Positions 55,601 through 64,000 of a DNA stretch of 64,000 nt are shown here, one piece after another. The notes below the pieces were generated by a model, which saw only the letters and a list, made by a program, of their open reading frames with translations, had not been told where the DNA came from and searched no databases. Source of the DNA: Macrostomum lignano (Eukaryota); NCBI GenBank assembly GCA_002269645.1, contig NIVC01003708.1:17469-81468 (forward strand), in the 5' to 3' direction. The first letter of the stretch is position 1. Each line of letters opens with the position of its first letter. The translations under genes and the position numbers were made by a program.

Positions 55601-58600
55601 TTGTAAGCTGTATCAAAGCTTCTACTTGGAATCTTGCGAATGGATGTTTGTCAGAAATTGGCACTGTTACCATGTTGAATCTATAGGTTTTACTAGCTAT
55701 AATAAACAATTCATAATTGTTCATAATAAACAACAAGATGTAGTAAAATCTCTATGTTTTCTATGATTGAACGATAATTTGAGCTATTTAGGCACAAGCT
55801 CCAGCCCCAGGTTGAATTGCACTATCCCCAAGACTAATTTTTGCACACACATTGAAAACTGCATTACCGTGACAAGAATTATCAGTCATTTCAAACAACT
55901 CACTTGTAACTCTAGCCACTCAGGGGCGATTCTTGCTCCTTTTTAACGACTCAAACGACTGTAATGCGATTGAGAGGCGAATTTTATAAAAGAAGTTGCA
56001 AAAATGTCGTCTAAGAGTCGCTGTGTAGCGCTTAACTTTCTACTGACTCTAGTAGACTGAATAGAGTTGTTATAGATACGAAATGCGATCGTACTTTATG
56101 AAGTGAACCCACAGTCGCTTTGACGACTTTTTGGCGACTTGTACCATGATATCCCATTCTTTTTCGAGTCGTTTTAGAGTCACTTCTTTTCTGTTTTACC
56201 TGTGTTACCTGCAACGACGCTGAGGCGATGCAAGTGACTTTAGGACGCTTCTGGGCCTAGGTATCGGGGGTTGCTTTCACAAACGCGAAATTTCACAACC
56301 GCTAAATCATTTACTTTCACAACCGCGAAACTTCATAACCGCGAAACTTCACAACCGCTAAATCACCTACTTTCACAACCGCGAAACTTCATAACCGCGA
56401 AACTTCACAACCGCTAATTTTTTTGCAGTCACTTTCATAAACGCGAAACTTCACAAAAGCGAAACTTCACAACCGCTAAATCACCCACTTTCATAAGCGC
56501 GAAACTTCACAAACGCGAAACTTCACAACCGCTAAATGTCATCTACTTTCACAACCGCGAAACTTCATAACCGCGAAACTTCACAAACGCGAAACTTCAC
56601 AACCGCTAAATGTCATCTACTTTCACAACCGCGAAACTTCATAACCGCGAAACTTCACAACCGCTAAAAAGACTGCAGTATATGAAAGTATGTGCAAAAT
56701 TTTTAGCGGTTGTGAAGTTTCGCGGTTATGAAGTTTCGCGGTTGTGAAAGTAGATGACATTTAGCGGTTGTGAAGTTTCGCGTTTGTGAAGTTTCGCGGT
56801 TGTGAAGTTTCGCGTTTGTGAAAGTGACAGCAAAAAATTTAGCGGTTGTGAAGTTTCGCGTTTATGAAATTTAGCGCTTATGAAAGTAGGTGATTTAGCG
56901 ATTGTGAAGTTTCGCGTTTGTGAAGTTTCGCGTTTATGAAAGCAAATGCTTTTAGCGGTTATGAAATTTCGCGTTTGTGAAACCCACCCGGTATCGGGCC
57001 CACACTGCAGTCATCGTCAATCAAAGAAAGAAACTTCAAAAAGGAGGTTTCTGATTATGTTAACAGTAAAACAGCTAAGAGACTGATCGTCTACATTTTC
57101 TTCAATTGCGTCATCGCCTTAACAGGGGCAAGCCTAGCCAATCTACAAATCAAAAATATCCAAACACCTCAATTGAACCCGCAGACAAGTCAGCGTCCCA
57201 GCACAGTGCCAATGGGCAACCAATCGATATGCTGTTGGACATGTCTCAAAGCGACTCGTGTCTGCTTTTGCAACAACAACAAAAACAACAGCAGCAACAA
57301 CAACAACAGCAACAGAAGCAACAGCAGAGTGCTCAAGATCGGCAAGCCTACTGCTCAGACGAGGCGATGGCCCTGGCGACTACTCCGACACCGCCATTAA
57401 CAGCGGCTTCGCAGGATGGCGGCTACTCGGCCGACGACAGCGAGTCAGGCGTAGGCGTCGGCGGCGTCTGTCAACGTTTGCTGGCCGCATCGCCTCCGTC
57501 CACTAGGGAGCGATACCGCCTGGTGGTCGGGCTGGAGGCCTCCGGGACAGCTTCCGAGTTGGGAAAGAATATAACTGGTTAGTGTTTTCAATCTTGTATT
57601 ACGAGTATTGCTTTTAGGAGTATGTCTACCACTGGTCAACGCTCCTAACTTCAAACCACCCTTTAATAACTTTTGGAACCTTTAGAATCGTCCTTTGTTT
57701 AGAAAATTTGTTTCTATTTGTTTCTACCGTTATGCAGTATACAATCACCATTGTTCGAATTTTAGGCGTTGCCATAGCAACTAGAGGCGCTGCGACAGCG
57801 ACGGAATCTGGCGCCAATACGACCACGTGGCGCCGATTGAAAAGCAGCGCCGGCAACCGGCTGGCATCTTGGCGCGCTTTAAGCGAAATTGCGCGAGTAC
57901 CGCCTACCATGGCAACCTCGCTTAGATTAGATAACAACAAAGACTTCTGCTTGGACAAAGACTGCACAGAAGAAGCCGCCAACGTTGTCTCGCCCTGGTC
58001 AGAGCGGGCTCAGTACTCCGGCACTCTGCTCGAGCTGTTCCAGCGATCGCGAAGGCGCAACAGCTCGCGAGACGGCTCGCACGGTTCGCTCCTGTCTGTC
58101 GCCGCCGCTGCCGCCGCTGCTGCCACAGCTGCCGCTTCCTCGTCGGCTTCGTCGACTCCAGCCGATCGTCAAAGCGTCGCCTGCCAGTTCCCGCCGCGCC
58201 GCTGGCTTGTCGGCGCATTTAAGAAGGCAACGCGCCGGCGGCGGCCCCTTGCCTAGCGGCCTTGGCTTCCTTGGCGACCCTCTGCCTCCGCCACCACCGC
58301 CGCCTCCGCCGCCTGGCGACACCAGCGATTCCGGCATCGACACGCCTGGAGCTGCTGCGGCCAGTTCGAGTTGCAGCACCGTCGTCTGTCGGAAATGCGG
58401 CTGCCGTCAGCGACCGTTGAAGTCCTGCCTACTTGGGGCGGGGGCGGCGGCAATGTCGGTGGCGCTGGCGACGAAGCTGACGTCGATTCTTCGTCGTCGT
58501 CCTCGTCGGAGTCAGTTATCGATGCGGACATTGCCGCTGCCGCAGCTGCCGCCGACAATGACGCCGCTGCTGCAGCAGCCGACGATGGCGCTGGCAGTAA

Positions 58601-60841
58601 CGGCGGATTCCGCGCTAAAAAGTCCGTGTCCTTCTGCGACCGGCCACCGTCGGCGCCGACGTCCGCGCCAACTAGTCGACGATCGACTTCGAGGAAGAAT
58701 TCGGCGGCTGGACTGTCGACAGCTACGGCTAATGCGTCGACGTCGACTTCAAAGTCGAAGATTCGTAGGCCGCTTAGTTTGCAGCTGAACGATTTGACGA
58801 CTAATGTTATACCGAAACAGGTAATGCTCAGTTGTTTCATCTTGTAACCTGCGTTGTTTATCTATTCTATTGTTATTGAAATTAACTACCAATCTGATGC
58901 TTAACCAATATGTATCGAAAGTAAACACCCGCAACGATAATCTAAGGTTGGTCTATACGGCGGCGACAGCGACAGTCCGCCTCTGCTGTTCCACGGCTCG
59001 CCGCCGGAATCGCCGCGTGCTGTTGGCGAAAAATCGCATCGACAACGCTTGCAGACTCTCGTCAGCGACGCAATCCGTGGCGTTAACGACCTGCTGCTGG
59101 CGATCGCCTCTGGCGGCGACCCGCAGTCAGCCGCGGCCCGCAGGCTCTGCCCACCGTTGCACGGCCTGCTGACTGACGAGTTGCTGGCGCCTGGCAGCGG
59201 CGGCGCTGCCTCCTCGACGTCTTCGGCCGCGTCGCCTGCGGCGCCATCGTCAGCGGTGACTGCTAGTAGTCGTCTGGGATTCGGCGTGGTGAAAAATCGC
59301 TCTCACCTGTGGCAGATGATCGAAGAGTCCTGCAAACCCGGTATGGCGGGTTTTGGTTCTGTCGTAATGCATCGAAAAGTTTTTTTAGTTGCCAAAACCG
59401 CATTTAGTTGTTTGTTTTGCCTATATGAGGCGAAAATTGGATTTTATCTTTGACTTTATTGATATGTAAAAAAGTACTATTAAATATGCTGCTATGTATG
59501 TAAAATGGGCGTAGTTACGAGCATATCCGCTAAATGTATATCTTTAGAATTACCGATATGTATCGGACGTGTTTATTACTTTGCTAGCTACCATTTTATC
59601 ATCCCTACTACATTTTCTAGGCCGTACAACACTCTGTTTAGCGAAGCGTTGCGTTCTGTTCGAAGTATCAGCGGTCTATCTCTTGAACGGCTTAAATTTA
59701 ATGCTTTTGTTATGGCCTGCCTAAAGTGAGTTAGATCACCTCCAAGCTATCAAGTTTCTCTAACTTTAAATCTTTAACCACCCTTTTCCCAGGTAATAAA
59801 ACTTCTCTAGCCCCTAATTTACATCAACTCGTTTCTACAAGTAATAAAATTTCTCTGCCCCTAAATATACACCACCTTTTTCCCCAGGCAATAAAACTTT
59901 GTCGCCCCAAAATGTACATCACCCTTCCCCAGCAATAAAACTTCTCTAGCCCCTAAATGTACACCACCCCTTTCCCCAGGCAATAAAACTTTTGTCGCCC
60001 CAAAATGTACATCACCCCTTTCCCCTAGCGATAAAACTTCTCTAGCCCCTAAATGTACACCACCCCTTTCCCCAGGCAATAAACCTTCTCTAGCCCCTAA
60101 ATGTACACCACCCCTTTCCCCAGGCAATAAACCTTCTCTAGCCCCTAAATGTACACCACCCCTTTCCCCAGGCGATAAAACTTCTCTAAGTCCTTAAGTG
60201 TACATCACCTCGTTTCTACAAGCAATAAAATTTCTCTGCCCCTTACTGTACCTTTCGCCCGCAGCACTCGCATCCTACTAAGCTGGCTAGTTGAACTAGC
60301 TCGCAACGAGGCCCTATTAAAGCGTTACTACCGACAGACAGCCTTCATACGAGGCTGTCACAATCGCTATTGCGAACTTTTTGCTGATTTGACCACCGCT
60401 CTGGAGCTTCTATTGTCGCACGCTTTCGCCTTCGATTTAACATGCCCGGGCGGCGGCGAGACTGCGACTGGTATCACTACTACTAGTACTACGAATACTA
60501 CTGTTAGTAGCGCCAATGCACCAAATGTTTCACTCACTAGGCAGCGCTCGTCCGAACTGCCACCGCAGCCACCGCCGCCTCCGCTGCCAGTTCGTCGTCA
60601 ACAAATGATATCAGCTGATAGGCAGGCGGCCTGTTCTCAGCAGGCGTTAAAAGTCACGCGCGTGGCTGGACTCAGGCCGCCGCCGCCGCCACCGCCGCAC
60701 ATGACTGGTGCAACTGCTGCCACTACTACCACTGCTACCACTACTGTTACATCGCCTAACGCCCTGGTTACACCGCCAAGCAGAGTGATTCCAACTAAAC
60801 CGGCTAGGCCGCGAGGAATTCGTCGACTCTGTCCGGTTTGA
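52677..60841 (+). CDS. RUN-domain protein, RUSC1/2-like; exons 52677-52935, 57185-57577, 57766-58820, 59055-59340, 59621-59725, 60265-60841 (possibly to 60978); possible upstream exon 51101-51130; apparent frameshifts
   Basis: RUN blocks LCPPLHGLLTDEL, HLWQMIEESCKPG, LKFNAFVMACLN, ILLSWL..LARNEALLKRYY, FADLTTALELLLSHAFAFDL resemble the RUSC RUN domain. Long low-complexity N-terminus with polyQ (about 57270-57325). The reading frame is broken at several homopolymers. Confidence 0.75.
53035..53805. repeat. 23-bp minisatellite (CTCATTAACTCTATCTACCACAG) with 21-bp variants, about 33 copies
   Basis: Direct reading. Confidence 0.95.
55209..55595. mobile_element. hAT-like MITE carrying an internal 21-bp tandem repeat (GCAGGCACTCATTTTAGCGCA, about 6 copies, 55336-55460)
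   Basis: TIRs TAGGGGCGTCGCCA / TGGCGACGCCCCTG; 8-bp TSD AGTGGTTG / AATGGTTG. Confidence 0.85.
56268..56989. mobile_element. Foldback-type element: long inverted arms built from tandem subrepeats around a short spacer
   Basis: Left arm (AACCGCGAAACTTCAC / AACCGCTAAAT)n, right arm its reverse complement, spacer about 56670-56700; termini GGGTTGCTTTCAC / GTGAAACCCACCC; flanking direct repeat GGTATCGG(G), 8-9 bp. Confidence 0.85.
59775..60240. repeat. 48-bp minisatellite (CCCAGGCAATAAAACTTCTCTAGCCCCTAAATGTACACCACCCCTTTC), about 9 copies, in a RUN-gene intron
   Basis: Direct reading; 16-aa periodic ORF. Confidence 0.9.
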
Positions 60842-61414
60842 TGCGTCGCAATGGTGGCGGCGCTGGCGCAGCCTCTGGCAGCGGTGCTACACCAGCAGCA
60901 GGCGTCAATGCTAGCCAGAGGGTACCTAAGCAAACTACCGCCGCCAGAAGCAGCGGCACAAGTCGTAAAGCGACCTAGCTATGAATTGCTAATAATGGTA
61001 TTGTCAAAGTTTTATATCGAATAAAATGGTCTTCCCACTGATTGATCTTCAAGAGAAATGGGGTATTTAGTTTCATTGCGTTTCCTATAATAATTTTATT
61101 AGTAGAGTTTGAATATTTACAGTCTATATTGTTCTGTCTTAGCCCAGTCAAACACGCGCATAGCCAGCCATAGGGTGTACAGTGGCCTTTTGAATTTCTA
61201 ATGTTCAAGCAATGTAACCTCGCAGTTACTAAAGTAACTAGTTATGTCTCTCGCAATTGAAGTTTTTGAAAAAGTAGAGCGTCTACTCTTTCCTCAGTAG
61301 TCTGTATAGTGGCACTTGATTTTTTTGTGGCAGCTAAAATTTCCTGTTTATTTTCGAAGGTTTGCAGCTTCTGTGGAATTGTGCCTGTTTAATTCAATGT
61401 ACGCAATTGAACGT

Positions 61415-61655
61415 AAGACAGACGAAACTCAGCTCAGCCAATGGTAGAGCAGTGAGGAGAGAGGGCAGTGCCCCAGACGGACGAGAGCTTACGGGCTGGC
61501 CAATGAGAGGGCAGTTAGACGGACGAAACTCAGCCTCAGCCAATGAGAGGGCAGTTAGCCGGACGAAACTCAGCCTCAGCCAATGAGAGGGCAGTTAAAC
61601 GGACGAACTCAGCCTAGGGGCTGGCCCAATTTATCTCAGCCAATGAGAGAGCAGT
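61415..61655. repeat. 40-bp tandem repeat (GGACGAAACTCAGCCTCAGCCAATGAGAGGGCAGTTA...), about 5 degenerate copies
   Basis: Direct reading. Confidence 0.8.
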
Positions 61656-63640
61656 AAGGAGAGAGATCAAAGACACAAGCGGGCAAGAGGAAAGCCAAAC
61701 TGTTTATCAGCCTGTCTGGGGTTGGGGCGCCATCCCACTAGTTTTGGGTGCATCCCTCGAACAGGCTGAAGACTAAAAGGATACGAGCTCGTAAGCGCAC
61801 TTTTTGCGAGAGTATATCAAGTTATTCTAGTATCTGTGGTGTAAACCTTGCACGACAAATGATCAGTAGTACATCAGTTGTAGTTTTGCTACTTGATTAT
61901 CATGGAGCATCTCATATGCAAAAATTTTTTATATCAGTTGGCAATCAGTTTTCCTTTTTTGTCTGTCTCTACTGCTATAAATTGTATGACGAACTGTTAT
62001 GAAGCGCTATTATACACACCGCTAGTCTAATTTGTATTTTGGCTATTAATCTAATCCTATCTATTAATTCGCAATTACTGTGTGTATTATGGATCATTTT
62101 TTCGTTTTATATTATATTCTCGTATTAAAATCTTATCAAATCATAAAAATATTAAATTATGATTAAAATTTTCTCGTCAAACCTGTCTTTCCTCTGTCAG
62201 TTGGTTTTATTAACGAATTTAGATTTAATGTCTGTCGTTTTTAGTTCAATAAATTAGGATCATATGTCTTATTGACCAGATCAAGTATTATGTATAATGT
62301 ACTAATAAACTACTGTTAGTATGCGCCTCATAATTGATACGATTACGACTCCTTGTGTGAAATGAATTTCGATTTCTAATCTTCATTTACTTTGCCTGCA
62401 ATCTGTTTGGTCTTGGTGGAATTTCTAGTGGCGTGTCCTGTTGTCGCGTATTTTCTTTTTCTTAATACATTGCCCTTTGTTGCTTACTTCGCTTTAAACA
62501 AAGACCTATTGAAGGTTTCAGTGAAGCAATGCTATATCGTTAGTTACTTTTTACCAACAATATTGAGTATTGTCGCTTCCATAATATAGCTATGCAAGTC
62601 GCTGAGCTTTCATAGAATTCAGACCCGGATTTAAATCTAATCTCCATTAAACTTCCTTGATTGTCATGTCGCTTATTTTTGTCTTTCCGATCAAAATTAT
62701 CTTTATTAATAACTTTAGGCATTACCTGTTCACTGTTTGCTTACTTTTCATTTGCCTGCTTACTAAGTCACTGATTGTTTTATTATGAGTTCATATTGTA
62801 GTTGAGCATGTCCGCATCTCTATCTTCTTCTAGTCAAACGCTTGCTGCTGCGCACTTGTGTTTACTTTTGTTAATATAAATTTATTGCGCTGATTTCTTT
62901 TTCTGTACCATCGGTGACTTGTCAGTAGTAAGTATTTTTATTTTATATTGTTAAATTCGGATTTAAATACTGAAATTGAGTAAGTAGTGTGTTCTTGCTC
63001 ATTTATCTTGAAATTTTCTGACAAAATTCATCATTTTACAAATAAAAATACTCTTGTCGATTTATATATATACTACTGATATAGTTGAGAACTTATTAGT
63101 AGTATCAAAATTTTCGCCATTTGCTGGGGCATCGTGTCTGCCATTCGTGAGTGACTGTTGCTTCCTTTTGTGCTTTTTATATATTCGCACAGAGCACGCG
63201 GTTTTGATGAACTCATTCAGTATTATTATCATCAATATTATTAATAGTAATGTTATTATATACCCTCGCTTTGTGATAAAGCTGGCATGTAGTTGTGTCG
63301 TCTGCTTATTCGCTGCTGCGCAACTATGATATAAATAAATTGAACTATAGTATTTTTGTTCTGGAATAATTAATATCATAATAATGTTGATATTCGCTTT
63401 TACATGTACGAGTTGTTCAGTCTTTCGATTTGTTTACTATAATTTTTGTTTAGTAGCACTGTAGAATATTCCACCAGCCTCAATTGAGTAAAGCAGGATG
63501 TGTGGAGACCGAATATGCGACAAAAAGTGTACAAATGCTTTTATAATCCTACTCACAAGTAGTAGTGAACCACTAGTAGAAGTACAATAGATCAGCTAAA
63601 AATCCATCCATCATGTTATCATAGGCATCATTTTTAGACT

Positions 63641-63996
63641 ACAGGCAAGGATTGTGTGCACTCTGGCGCACTTTAAGTGACATTGTCACACAACCGGCGA
63701 GAGGCATTACTGCCCATTCCGCCGACCCCCCTGAACAGGCACACAAGCGCGCGGATACTGTACGTACGCAATCATACGCACTGGCGCACACACACAGTAG
63801 TGTACAGCGGCCCTAACTTTATTTATCGTTAGGCATGTACACTTCACTTCCGTGGGGGTTGGCCCTCAAGGGCGTTAATTGCACGTACAATTGCACGTCA
63901 GCTAAGATTCCAATTTATAGCCCCAAAATAAATGCACTTGAAATCGAGCCTGTGCCGCTGGCACACCAGAGCGCCGCGCTAGACCACTAGGCATGT
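63641..63996 (-). mobile_element. SINE family 1, copy 3 (most intact, CpG-rich)
   Basis: Minus-strand head GCCTAGTGGTCTAGCGCGGCGCTCTGGTGTGCCAGCGGCACAGGCTCGATTTC with A-box-like TAGTGG and B-box-like GGCTCGATTTC; body homologous to copies 1 and 2. Confidence 0.8.
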
Positions 63997-64000
63997 CAAA

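Noticed and set aside
58253-58840. 195-aa minus-strand ORF and other overlapping ORFs in GC-rich exons and the LINE
   Set aside because: Antisense shadows of GC-rich coding sequence; the sense frames carry the recognisable motifs.
60839-60841. Stop-codon readthrough or selenocysteine at the RUN-gene TGA
   Set aside because: No SECIS-like structure was recognised; a one-base homopolymer error upstream explains the downstream coding-like sequence more simply.
63930-63996. tRNA gene (also 15440-15498 and 21860-21932)
   Set aside because: A/B-box-like heads are fused to dispersed repeat bodies and no full cloverleaf was seen; interpreted as SINE heads.

Overview
Eukaryotic, intron-rich genomic DNA with GT-AG introns, GC-rich exons and AT- and minisatellite-rich introns. 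The style suggests a flatworm such as Macrostomum; this is inference and was not checked. Spliced genes reconstructed by hand from left to right: a CCDC191-like gene (- strand, runs off the left edge); DAP1 (-, 2 exons, 9.7 kb intron); an equilibrative nucleoside transporter (+, 3 coding exons, head-to-head with DAP1); three paralogous two-exon secreted WSC + PAN/apple-like genes (+); a 15-exon DUF4062-NACHT/AAA-TPR gene (-, NPHP3/TTC41-like, about 1511 aa) that hosts one WSC paralog and an atypical class A GPCR in its introns; and a RUSC-like RUN-domain gene (+) with several apparent homopolymer frameshifts. Mobile DNA: a decayed Ty3/gypsy in the DAP1 intron; a dead RTE-like LINE; a young internally deleted gypsy element (198-bp LTRs, 5-bp TSD) inserted in a 30-bp satellite; hAT-like MITEs; a foldback element; two tRNA-derived SINE families; and more than a dozen distinct tandem arrays. 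Most notable signals: (1) a sharp CpG mosaic, with CpG-stripped domains starting beside two CpG-rich divergent promoter regions and a SINE copy inside one domain showing CpG-to-TpG/CpA decay; (2) the WSC-PAN secreted family with a conserved odd cysteine; (3) the nested gene architecture. No CRISPR array, rRNA or bona fide tRNA gene was seen. All counts are by eye.
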